Virus record (IMG/VR): IMGVR_UViG_3300048672_001423
Span: 1 to 53,951 of that record
Length of the DNA stretch: 53,951 nt
DNA from: a virus
Taxonomy: Duplodnaviria > Caudoviricetes
Direction: 5' to 3' (one strand)
Each line of letters opens with the position of its first letter. The first letter of the stretch is position 1. This document shows, piece after piece, positions 30,181-39,474 of this stretch. Below the pieces are notes generated by a model. The model was not told the DNA's origin. It worked only from the letters and a program-made list of their open reading frames with translations, and ran no database searches. Both the position numbers and the translations under genes were made by a program.

Positions 30181-32065
30181 TTTGATTTGATAATTTTAAG
30201 TTATAATTTTTAATAAATTCTACAATAAATGCTTTCACAATTTCCTTTTGCCTTTCTGGTTTTAAGAAATAAATTGAAGGATTTTGCTCTTCTAAGTCCA
30301 CAAATATACTTTCTTGATTATAAAAAACAATCAAATCCTCTGTATTTATTGCATTTTTCTCGAAACCACCAAGAACAAAATCAGTTGACATTTCAAAAAA
30401 CGGTATAAATCGCTTTTTTAGTGCAATTTTATTCATGCTTTTTACATCACCATCAAATAATTTTGCTGAAATGTTTTGGGTAATTTCTTCTATTACAAAA
30501 AACGGTGCTGATGATTGTTTTGCGAGTTGTAATTGAGATAGAAGTTCCTCGACACTTGAAAGTTTTAAATCATTTGGGTATTCATAATTAACCAAAATTC
30601 GTGATGAATCTCTTGGGTATAAGTATGAGTTAATCAATTTAATATCCCATTTCTTAAACTTACTAATCATTGAAGCGGTAAGAATAAGTGTATCGTTTAT
30701 GTCGCTTCTGGTGGTTGCAACTTCTGTCGCTGTAACGGTGTCACCAACTGCACTAAGTGTGCTATGAGGTGTCATTTCTGCATTAAAAATAGATGCAAAA
30801 ATCCTCCTTTCAAGTCGTTGTTCTAATTTGTCCAAAAACTCAACTATAACTGTTGATTGATTGGCATAGGAAGAAAGTTTGTTGATGTCAAAGATTGTAG
30901 TTATATCATCTGGGAAATCAACTTCCAATGTATCCAATGGCGACTCTGTTTTTTTCTTTCCTGTACCTTTACATTTTGGACATTTACTGCCATCAGGCAT
31001 TTCTCCTTTTGAACATTCGCCTTCTTCGTCCTTATAATCGCATGGTGCTACATAAGTCATTGCTTTAGGGAATGTGTGGATATTTCTACTAACGTCTGCA
31101 TTACTGATTACAGAAATGTATCTTTGAATTATTGGCATTGCTACATCAATAACACTTACACAAGTAGCTTCATCAGTCAAAGCATCAAGAACATAGCCAA
31201 TACGAAAAGCTTGCACATTTTTTGCCATCGTATTGTATTCTGTTACCTCATAAACATTTTTGTTATCATCTATGTAATTTTTAGCATCTAGGCTATATCC
31301 TTCACGTACAAATTTGCTTTTATTTTCTTTATCTGCATCTGTGCCTAAAAGTATTAATTTGTACTTTAAGACAAGTTCACCACCAAATAAAGTATAATCT
31401 TTTGCTTGAAATTCATCTCCATTTGTTTTTTTTGTGTTTATTGTTTCTTTGGTTACCAAAAAATCAATATCATTATTCTTGTCAAAATCGTAATAAACGC
31501 ACTCTTCTGCTGAAAAAAACTTCAAATATGGAACTTTCACATCGTTTTTTTTCTCAAAAAGCATTGTATAGAACGCATTTGGGTCACGATGCGACCTTGG
31601 CAATAAAAATTGTCTTACAAAGTCTTCAAAGGAAGTATTAAGCATTGTCTGTTCTGAGTCAACAATAAGCTCAATTTTTTCTTTTCTCTTCTCACCTGTG
31701 ACAAAATTTATTGATTTTGTGACGTTTTTAATTGCTGTCAACTTATTGAACTTATTAAGGACATTGCTAATCGCTGGTATAAATACCTTAGAGGTTAAAA
31801 GTTTTCTTGTTTCAAAATCTTCTTTTGTTTCTCTTTTTGAAAATTGATAAAGCCATTTCTCAAAACCTTCGCCAGTAATAGCAGTTCTATAATCATTTGC
31901 TAAATCAATGGTTCTTTGATAATTAGTATGAGTTATATTTTTGTTGATTACTTTTTCAACAATTTCAATACCGTTTTTTTTATCCTTGAAGTAAATCATT
32001 TCAGTAGATTTTTCTTTTTTAAAAAATATTCTGGACAAATATAATGAAATACGTAAATTAAACAC
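30158..32065 (-). CDS. portal protein (putative; start probably ~31999) with Zn-finger insertion
   Basis: Directly after TerL, ~610 aa, TATEV motif, CxxCxGxG insertion. Confidence 0.7.
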   Translation of the reverse strand: MFNLRISLYLSRIFFKKEKSTEMIYFKDKKNGIEIVEKVINKNITHTNYQRTIDLANDYRTAITGEGFEKWLYQFSKRETKEDFETRKLLTSKVFIPAISNVLNKFNKLTAIKNVTKSINFVTGEKRKEKIELIVDSEQTMLNTSFEDFVRQFLLPRSHRDPNAFYTMLFEKKNDVKVPYLKFFSAEECVYYDFDKNNDIDFLVTKETINTKKTNGDEFQAKDYTLFGGELVLKYKLILLGTDADKENKSKFVREGYSLDAKNYIDDNKNVYEVTEYNTMAKNVQAFRIGYVLDALTDEATCVSVIDVAMPIIQRYISVISNADVSRNIHTFPKAMTYVAPCDYKDEEGECSKGEMPDGSKCPKCKGTGKKKTESPLDTLEVDFPDDITTIFDINKLSSYANQSTVIVEFLDKLEQRLERRIFASIFNAEMTPHSTLSAVGDTVTATEVATTRSDINDTLILTASMISKFKKWDIKLINSYLYPRDSSRILVNYEYPNDLKLSSVEELLSQLQLAKQSSAPFFVIEEITQNISAKLFDGDVKSMNKIALKKRFIPFFEMSTDFVLGGFEKNAINTEDLIVFYNQESIFVDLEEQNPSIYFLKPERQKEIVKAFIVEFIKNYNLKLSNQNGKETKL

Positions 32066-33513
32066 GAAGTAGTATGGCCCATTTTTTCAACTGTCTTCCC
32101 ATTAACAGTTGTACGCTCCTTGTCAAAACCAGAACTGTTTGAATTATCAACTTGGATATAGCAACATTCATGGATAGTTTTCACGCATCTTTCAGAAATA
32201 AATACATCTATGTTTGATTGCTTATATGAGATTGGCAGCCATCCTTTTAGAATTCGATTGACTGCTGATTTTGCAACTACGCTAAATGGGTTTTTCTTCA
32301 TTGTGTGAGTAACGTCAGCTTTTTTTGAAACGTATTTCTCAATCATTCGTTTCAATCGCCAATATGGTATAACATCTTTTTTGTCGCCAAATCCTGCTAC
32401 TCTATTTTTACCAGAAGCATCACAAACCCATTTTATGTTTTTAGTGAAACCAAGATAACCTCTATTTTTTGCTTCCTCGACCGATTCGTCAATATCGTTC
32501 CTTGGGTGTTCAAGGCATATTTCATCAATTACTCTTATTTGCTTTCTACCTTCAATAAAAGCTAATTGAATAACTAGGACTGTGATATATGGATTAATGT
32601 TAAAATCCCATGCAAAAATAGTTTGCAGCTTCGGGTCGTAATCAAAAGTTTTAATATGGGTTTCTCGCTTAAATGCGTGCATATATTCTTTTCCTGTACG
32701 TGGATTACCCCACTCACCGCAAGCATAAATAAGCCACTCGTTATAGTCTTCTTCCTTGAGCATATCATATTCCTCAATATATGTTTCATCAAGAAAAAAG
32801 TTATCTTTATAAGTTGATGTGTGAAGTATAAATGAGTTTTTCTTAGGGTTTTTATCATCCCATTCTGGGTATTTTTTCTTTTCTACAAAAAGTCTGTAAA
32901 TAAAATTGTCAGTATCAACAGGGTTGAAAGTAATGTAAAAAAACAAATCTGCCTTGCTTGTTCTTACACGACGAATAAGCTCTCTAAATTCTTCATCGCT
33001 AACTTTTTCGTCTCTGGTAACTGCTTCCTCTATCCATACATCGGTAATACCTTCAACTGATTTTAGATTATCTACATTGTCAAGACCAGCAGGAATTAAT
33101 TTGTTTCCGTTTGAATTACAAACTATCTCATAATCTGACTCACGAATAGTAAATAGTGGGCCCCAATTATATTGGTCGATTATATCTTTGAATAGTTGAA
33201 AGCATGATTTTTTGATGTCACTAAATTTTTTACGCAAGTAAAGACATCGAAAGTATTTATTTGTGAGTGCTTTTATTAACAATCTTCTGGCTATATATGC
33301 AGATTTGCCAGAACCAGAGCCACCTTTTAGGATTTGATATTTTGCTTTTAAATCCCAGAGCTTCGTAAATGTTTCATTAATCCAAATTATCTGACCATCA
33401 AAAACTTGCTTAAATGCAGGTTTTAAAACGTATTCATCATTAACTTTTTCCTTTTCGCAGTAAATAGGAATCTTCTGAGCTGGTAAAACTGTGTACTTAG
33501 GTATTGCTGTCAT
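31996..33513 (-). CDS. terL: terminase large subunit, PBSX family
   Basis: KGGSGSGKS Walker A, WIEEA Walker B, TFNP, STYKDN, WDFN nuclease motif. Confidence 0.9.
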   Translation of the reverse strand: MTAIPKYTVLPAQKIPIYCEKEKVNDEYVLKPAFKQVFDGQIIWINETFTKLWDLKAKYQILKGGSGSGKSAYIARRLLIKALTNKYFRCLYLRKKFSDIKKSCFQLFKDIIDQYNWGPLFTIRESDYEIVCNSNGNKLIPAGLDNVDNLKSVEGITDVWIEEAVTRDEKVSDEEFRELIRRVRTSKADLFFYITFNPVDTDNFIYRLFVEKKKYPEWDDKNPKKNSFILHTSTYKDNFFLDETYIEEYDMLKEEDYNEWLIYACGEWGNPRTGKEYMHAFKRETHIKTFDYDPKLQTIFAWDFNINPYITVLVIQLAFIEGRKQIRVIDEICLEHPRNDIDESVEEAKNRGYLGFTKNIKWVCDASGKNRVAGFGDKKDVIPYWRLKRMIEKYVSKKADVTHTMKKNPFSVVAKSAVNRILKGWLPISYKQSNIDVFISERCVKTIHECCYIQVDNSNSSGFDKERTTVNGKTVEKMGHTTSCLIYVFHYICPEYFLKKKNLLK

Positions 33514-34021
33514 TGGATTCTTCTAATAAAATGTCTTCAATTTTTTGTAATTTTTCGCTACTCAAAACATTTACTTGTACAAAATTGTTTACAGTTGGAA
33601 CAGGTTGTTCTTTTTTAATTCCAATCCTTGATTTATTGATGTCAATAATTTTCATCATGTGAAAAAGCCTAGTTCCTACCTCAATTTTAACTTTTTCCTC
33701 AGAAACAATTTCGCCTTTTTCATTCAGATTGTAATAAGTAGTAAAACCAGTCTGTACAGCAGAAAGCATCATTTCGTATAAACTTTCGATAGTACTTACT
33801 CGGCCCAATTCTCTAGCCTGGTCAACTTCTGGGTTTAAAGCAATTCTACTATTTATGTATCGAGTACTTACGCATAAATCACTCGCAGTTTTTGTTATAT
33901 TACCTTTTCTAATGATGAAAGTGTTCATTATTTCATCATCAGTTGGCATTGATAAAGCTTTTTTCTTTTCCTCGCTCAACAAAAGTGCTTCCTTGATTGG
34001 ATTATTCGCCTTGTTTTCCAT
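33497..34021 (-). CDS. terminase small subunit (putative)
   Basis: HTH (GNITKTASDLCVS) directly upstream of terL. Confidence 0.6.
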   Translation of the reverse strand: MENKANNPIKEALLLSEEKKKALSMPTDDEIMNTFIIRKGNITKTASDLCVSTRYINSRIALNPEVDQARELGRVSTIESLYEMMLSAVQTGFTTYYNLNEKGEIVSEEKVKIEVGTRLFHMMKIIDINKSRIGIKKEQPVPTVNNFVQVNVLSSEKLQKIEDILLEESNDSNT

Positions 34022-34730
34022 AAATATCTAAAAGTTTTTCAAAAATAGTCTCACTAGATGTCGTATCGTGCAATGTTTGAAAATCACTTTGAACTTCAAG
34101 CCATTTTTGATAAATATCATCATTCACTACTAATTTTATGGTCTTCCAATTTTGCTGATTTGAATATTCATTTTGAAATTCATTATCAAAGCCACCTTTT
34201 GAAAATTCCATATCTAATTGTGGAAGAAAAAAGTCTTCTTTTTCAAATGGAATTTGCTCAAAAATAGAGTCGCCATAAAAATTAGTCAATCCTTCAACAA
34301 TATTTTTCAACTTTTCATCATTTGACTTAAATCTTGTCTCGTTGACCTTCAAAGAAATTGCTTCCGCTTCTTGAATAGTAATTGCACCTGCATAATAGCA
34401 CATGATTTTAGTAAAATCAAGACCAGATTCATTGTATTTTGTCGCATAAAATCGCTCAATACTTCCCTCTGGGTATAAATCGTAATTTTCTACACAATCA
34501 AGGACTTTTAAAATAGCTTGTCTTCTGTGATTACCGTCGATTACTTCCAATTCGCTAAATTCATTTGTTCTTAAAATACAATTCACAATATTGCCCTCGG
34601 TAAGCAAGTTCAAAGTCAATTTTTTCATTAACTCTTCTCCATCTTCCTTATAGTTCCAATCCGCAGCGACCGTATTTCTCAAGTCAACATACATGAAGCC
34701 TTTTTGTAACTCTAATTTTTGTTTTTTCAT
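34002..34730 (-). CDS. ParB/Srx-like N-terminal domain protein
   Basis: ADWNYK and EVIDGNHR motifs. Confidence 0.7.
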   Translation of the reverse strand: MKKQKLELQKGFMYVDLRNTVAADWNYKEDGEELMKKLTLNLLTEGNIVNCILRTNEFSELEVIDGNHRRQAILKVLDCVENYDLYPEGSIERFYATKYNESGLDFTKIMCYYAGAITIQEAEAISLKVNETRFKSNDEKLKNIVEGLTNFYGDSIFEQIPFEKEDFFLPQLDMEFSKGGFDNEFQNEYSNQQNWKTIKLVVNDDIYQKWLEVQSDFQTLHDTTSSETIFEKLLDIYGKQGE

Positions 34731-34809
34731 CTTTTTGTTGAAATTATAAATATGTAGTCAGATTTTGTCACACATTTTAGCAAAAATTGTGACAAAAATC
34801 AATGAAATT

Positions 34810-35082
34810 TTAGTTAAAACAGATTTTTACATTTTGGCATTTTCGGAATTTATCGGCTAAATAACTGTACGGTAAAGTTACAGCAAAACTAATACCACTT
34901 CTAAACCTTACCATTGAACAGTTAGGAAGTGGAATAAAATCATCATCGACATACATATTTACGGACTCTACATCATTCATGGAGAATATCACATCTACAT
35001 AAAACCTTTCAGGTGTAGATTTTATGTCAGAATCTTCCTCATACCAAGTCTGAGTTTCTATTATTGGGTTAATTAAGCTCAT
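34810..35082 (-). CDS. hypothetical protein
   Basis: ORF. Confidence 0.6.
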   Translation of the reverse strand: MSLINPIIETQTWYEEDSDIKSTPERFYVDVIFSMNDVESVNMYVDDDFIPLPNCSMVRFRSGISFAVTLPYSYLADKFRKCQNVKICFN

Positions 35083-35219
35083 GTTTATTGCAAATTTCAG
35101 ATTTATAAACGTATTTTTTGTGATTTTTACAGTATGCGTATTGTAGCCTATTCACATCGGAGCTATTTTTTTCTGAGCTGCTTACCTGTGCATTAGTATG
35201 ATGCAAGAAAATGCAATTA

Positions 35220-36137
35220 CTACACGATTTCAATATCCCTTTTTGCATAATGACTAATTCTTTTTTGAGCTTTTAAGCAATTTTTCTCACTACATTCACT
35301 CATAAACCATTTTCTTCCCATCAACTCAGCCATCTTACAGGTTGTACCACTACCACCAAACATATCATAGATTAAATCACCTTTTTCCGAGAAAGAGAAA
35401 ATCATATCTCTAGCAAAATTCTCTGGGAATACAGCTTCATGCCCAGTCTTATCATCATCATTTGCATTGCCGACCACATAAGTAAAGATATTACCCTTGA
35501 CTTTCTTTTCTTTTACCTCCGATGTAAACTTTTCCTTTCCTCCATCTTTCTTCCACCTTGTCTTCGTGCCAGATTGACCAGAGTTTTGAGTATCAACTTT
35601 TAAAAGGTTGCTTGTTTTTGGAATACCGCCTTTCGTGCAAACAAAAATATATTCAAATTCTTTGGCATAGTGTGGAGAATCCAAAGAAACAGGCATATAA
35701 TTTTGCTTTCTGAATAACATCACTCGAACACTAAATCCAATGCTCTGAAAATAAATAGCTTGTCTAAAAGATGTCAAACTATCGCCATTACTAACTATAC
35801 CATTTTTAGTTAAAATATCCATCACCTTATCACCCACATTCCAAATCATAACACCATTTTGCTTCAAAATCATGTAAGCTAAATTTGCTGTCTTTTCAAA
35901 GTCAAAATCAAATCCATCATAATCACGAATCGAATCATAAGGCGGTGATGTCACAATCAAGTCAACAGTATTTTTGTCAACCATTTCCATGTGAGCAATA
36001 TTATTGCCCCGAAATATTTTCCCCTCTAATTGTTTTAAGTTCATGGGCCATCTCTCTTTTAAGTTTGTCAATTTTGTTAAATAATTTAGCAATCTCAGAC
36101 TGATAATGATTGATAATCTCCTGCTCTTCCAATTCAT
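35220..36137 (-). CDS. beta-class amino DNA methyltransferase, probably N4-cytosine (start probably ~36044)
   Basis: TSPPY catalytic motif, HxAVFP, DMFGGSGTT. Confidence 0.88.
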   Translation of the reverse strand: MNWKSRRLSIIISLRLLNYLTKLTNLKERWPMNLKQLEGKIFRGNNIAHMEMVDKNTVDLIVTSPPYDSIRDYDGFDFDFEKTANLAYMILKQNGVMIWNVGDKVMDILTKNGIVSNGDSLTSFRQAIYFQSIGFSVRVMLFRKQNYMPVSLDSPHYAKEFEYIFVCTKGGIPKTSNLLKVDTQNSGQSGTKTRWKKDGGKEKFTSEVKEKKVKGNIFTYVVGNANDDDKTGHEAVFPENFARDMIFSFSEKGDLIYDMFGGSGTTCKMAELMGRKWFMSECSEKNCLKAQKRISHYAKRDIEIV

Positions 36138-36663
36138 CTGGGAAACCGATTTTGTTCATTTCCCTAATCTTTTCATGCTCTCGCTTTACCATCACAGGCA
36201 AATTATCCTCGTACTTGGACATCATTTCCAACCCAACTAACAAATTGGACTCGCCAAACGCTTTCGTGAACTTTATCAAGTTTGGACTTGTAGGCATGAA
36301 TCCAGGCAATACAATAACCTTAGAATCAACCTTTCCATAAAAATGATGCTTCACGTAAAAAGGCCTGTCCAATATGTGTAAATAAAAATATCCCAAACTC
36401 TCAACGTGAACAATCTTTCCCGACATCAAGTTAGACTTTATAGTGTCAATCAAAAATCTGAATAACACACCGCATAACTCCTTGTCAACATCAGACCGCA
36501 ACATCACAAGTTTTGCAAATTCACTCGCACTCAGCTTGTAAATATGCTCCTTGCTGCTATTTTTTCGCACCTTTCTCAGCTTTAGCTTTACTATTATCAG
36601 CCACATTGCTAATCTTAATCGGATTGACCTTGCTGTAAAACTCCTTTTCCTCCCATCTGCCAC
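36001..36663 (-). CDS. HU/IHF-like DNA-binding protein (start probably GTG ~36570)
   Basis: IKSNLMSGKIVHVESLGYF resembles the HU family motif. Confidence 0.45.
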   Translation of the reverse strand: MADGRKRSFTARSIRLRLAMWLIIVKLKLRKVRKNSSKEHIYKLSASEFAKLVMLRSDVDKELCGVLFRFLIDTIKSNLMSGKIVHVESLGYFYLHILDRPFYVKHHFYGKVDSKVIVLPGFMPTSPNLIKFTKAFGESNLLVGLEMMSKYEDNLPVMVKREHEKIREMNKIGFPDELEEQEIINHYQSEIAKLFNKIDKLKREMAHELKTIRGENISGQ

Positions 36664-36775
36664 TCTTCATCTCTTTTGTAGTCCTTACAATGTATCCGTT
36701 CTGAATAGTGCGAACACTTGTGTTTGTCGCCATTACCTTGTCTTTTTCAACTTTGTTTAATGATTTGCTAGCCAT
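36557..36775 (-). CDS. small basic hypothetical protein
   Basis: Follows a consensus promoter. Confidence 0.6.
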   Translation of the reverse strand: MASKSLNKVEKDKVMATNTSVRTIQNGYIVRTTKEMKSGRWEEKEFYSKVNPIKISNVADNSKAKAEKGAKK

Positions 36776-36815
36776 TTCTAAGATAAAATTTAAACGTTAA
36801 ACAATTATTACTCAA

Positions 36816-36847
36816 CAAACTTAATAACATATCCACAAAATGCCAAA
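36816..36847 (-). promoter_or_regulatory. Bacteroidota-type promoter
   Basis: Minus strand TTTG-20nt-TAAGTTTG. Confidence 0.65.
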
Positions 36848-36881
36848 AAAAATAGCGGTAGCCCAATGAGTTACCGCTATT
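36845..36881 (-). terminator. intrinsic terminator
   Basis: AATAGCGGTAAC...GCTACCGCTATT plus T-run on the minus strand. Confidence 0.65.
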
Positions 36882-37119
36882 CGTCTATCTAATCACATTC
36901 CCAATAAAAGAAAATCAAAACTAAGAAAAAAAACGGTTAATGAAAAACGGTGCGATTTTTATTTTGTGTGTACACATAGGAAAGCGTGTTTTTAGGGGAG
37001 GGGTGGGGTGAGTGCAACGCAAGCGACTGCAAAGAATTGATTTTAAGGACTTGAATTTAGTTTAGTAGTACGAACACAAGCAAACAAGTAAAGCGTTGAA
37101 TGTGGAAAGGAATAGACAC

Positions 37120-37152
37120 AAAAAAAAGGACTGTAAATTAATACAGTCCTTT
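37120..37152 (-). terminator. intrinsic terminator of 37173..38051
   Basis: AAAGGACTGTA...TACAGTCCTTT plus T-run on the minus strand. Confidence 0.75.
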
Positions 37153-37172
37153 GATACTGGGGAATGAGACAA

Positions 37173-38051
37173 TTAGAGTAACTCGTCTAAGTTGAAAGTT
37201 TGTGTTTCTTTCTCGACGATAGCAACTTTCACGCTTAAAGCTGTGCTTGTATAGTGTTTCATTGAGCTTTCAATTTCAGCGAACAAAAATGCTTTTTTGT
37301 CGTCGAACGTTTCGAGTGCTGACATCTTAGCAGACTTTTTCTCGTTTGACTTGATACGCTTGATTGAGTCGCTTATAATAGACTCGATTGTGTGCGCATA
37401 TCCTTTCTTGTCTGATTCTGAATTGAATCTACAAGTAAGGACTATCTCCGTTGTGTCAGTCCACTTAGCTTTGCTTGTGCGAACGCTTGTCTTGTCTTTG
37501 TAATACACATACGATTTTTGTAGCGAAGTAAGGGACTGTATTTTGCTTGCATACTCGTTTTGTTCTGTGATGCTTAATCCGTAAGCGTCTAACGTGTTGA
37601 GTAATATACGAACGTCATCACTCGTAGCATTCTCGTTACTCGAAAAATCTACTATCTTATCACATAGCTCTGATACAAGTTCGGAATTGAGTAGCTGTAC
37701 AGGAATGTTGAACACTTTCGCAAAATCAAAAATATCCTGAATTGGAGTGTTTCCGAAACTATGTAGCATTTCGTTTTTGAGCAATGATACTGATTGTAAG
37801 TATCTCCCGATTGTTCCATGCTCGTAATTCTCGTTGTCGGAATACTCACATTTATAGTGATTAATAGAGTTGTTTTGCTCTATGTTCCACGTTGCAAGTT
37901 TTTTATTGTCCTTCAGTTCAGCGACATGAAAATCTTTTACTTTTGTTGAATCCTTACTTAGAACGGAACTATATCCGAACAACTTATCCGTACTGTTTTG
38001 AGTTGCAACTAAAGTTGTAATTGTTGTTTGATTTTGTGCTAAATTTTCCAT
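37173..38051 (-). CDS. hypothetical protein, isolated transcription unit
   Basis: 292-aa ORF with its own upstream promoter and downstream terminator. Confidence 0.7.
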   Translation of the reverse strand: MENLAQNQTTITTLVATQNSTDKLFGYSSVLSKDSTKVKDFHVAELKDNKKLATWNIEQNNSINHYKCEYSDNENYEHGTIGRYLQSVSLLKNEMLHSFGNTPIQDIFDFAKVFNIPVQLLNSELVSELCDKIVDFSSNENATSDDVRILLNTLDAYGLSITEQNEYASKIQSLTSLQKSYVYYKDKTSVRTSKAKWTDTTEIVLTCRFNSESDKKGYAHTIESIISDSIKRIKSNEKKSAKMSALETFDDKKAFLFAEIESSMKHYTSTALSVKVAIVEKETQTFNLDELL

Positions 38052-38173
38052 TGTTTTGTTTTTTTCGTGTTAAAAATTAATTTAAAATTATTCGTGTTAA
38101 TACTCGATTTTGAACTTACATACTTAATAATAATACTTCATAGAGATTAGAAATTCCTTTTTTTGTTCCTCAG

Positions 38174-38332
38174 TCATATTCCGATTAGTATAAGTGAAAA
38201 AATAAATAAAACTGATGCTATGTAAGCAAAATTATGATTAACTAATTTTACTGACATCAACAAAAATAGTATTCCTATTACTCCCAATAGAATAGCTATT
38301 ACATATTTTAGGATTTTTGTTTTTCTATTCAT
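38174..38332 (-). CDS. 52-aa two-TM peptide (absent from the ORF track)
   Basis: MNRKTKILKYVIAILLGVIGILFLLMSVKLVNHNFAYIASVLFIFSLILIGI. Confidence 0.5.
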   Translation of the reverse strand: MNRKTKILKYVIAILLGVIGILFLLMSVKLVNHNFAYIASVLFIFSLILIGI

Positions 38333-38426
38333 ATTTATTCAAATTTAATTTTCTGATTACATTACGGACAAACAAAGAAATTAAAATAAACTCTATCAAT
38401 CCGAAAAAATAAATAAGTGTTTGCAT
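38325..38426 (-). CDS. 33-aa hydrophobic peptide (absent from the ORF track)
   Basis: MQTLIYFFGLIEFILISLFVRNVIRKLNLNKYE; overlaps the next start. Confidence 0.4.
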   Translation of the reverse strand: MQTLIYFFGLIEFILISLFVRNVIRKLNLNKYE

Positions 38427-38498
38427 CTTTTTTTGTCTCTAAACTACTTATATACTATGCTATTGCTATGTATCGTATTCGTTTTCGTTTGACTGTTA

Positions 38499-38529
38499 CA
38501 AATGTACGAACTATAATTTTGTAAGCAAA
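38499..38529 (-). promoter_or_regulatory. consensus Bacteroidota-type promoter
   Basis: Minus strand TTTG-19nt-TACATTTG. Confidence 0.7.
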
Positions 38530-39474
38530 TTAATATAATTTTATAATACGTATTTGGGATAAATTTGTCTCGAAATATAGTGTTTATACTCTAATTTGAG
38601 TAAAAAAACTTTTTTCAATAACTCTAATTTTATTGTTTTTCTTCGTTTGCATAGCTCAAAAGTGAATATGTTTTTTTGGTCCGTTTCTTTGCTCAAAAAT
38701 ATAGTTTACGAACTCCGAAAATCTAAAAATCAATCCTTGAATTTATAGAGTTTAAGCACGAAAAATATTTTCAACGAAAACTGGACTACTGGAGCGAGAA
38801 CTGGAGCTGTGCCGCTAGCTCCTGGCATCGCCCCTAATCATCGCTTTTCCGCCCAATATAAATTTTTTGAAAATTTTTTCGCTGGAAAATTCACGCAAAA
38901 CAAAGTATTTTGGAAAATTGGAGTTGTACTTTTCTAAGTTTGAGTAACGGTTTTCCCAAGTGTAATACTCAAAAGTGTTGTACTTTTTGAATATTTTGAC
39001 AATTTGGGTTTTTGTGCCGTAGCTGATTCAAAAAGTTTGAATAGAATTGCAGAAAATCAGTAGATAAAATAGTGCTAAACTTCCGTTTCGGGGGCTTCCT
39101 GTGCCGATTTAGTAGAATGATTGCTGAAATGTTAATGCGTTTTTAGTTTATCATCTGAAAATGTGCAAACATTTATGTAGAATTTATGTAGAATTAGTAT
39201 TGGAATTGAGTAAAATTGAATAAAACAGACTAAAATCGAATAAAAAGGTAATAATTGGGAAATAAGAGAAGTGAAATATCTAAAAGTTTGGGTTTTGAGT
39301 TTGGGGGAGTTGTTTAGTATTGTAGTAGTTTGAAAATAGATGAAGAAGTTTATGCCCTCTAGTGTTATGTAGAGGGCTATTTTAGAAATTATATTTAGTT
39401 GTTTTGGGGTGTTTTGTACTTTTGTGCGATTTTTGGGGTTTTTTGAGGATTTTTTTGGGTTTTTGAGTTGCTTT

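Noticed and set aside
7208-36760. Many short + strand ORFs in the track opposite the late genes
   Set aside because: They are shadow ORFs antisense to long, motif-bearing minus-strand genes.
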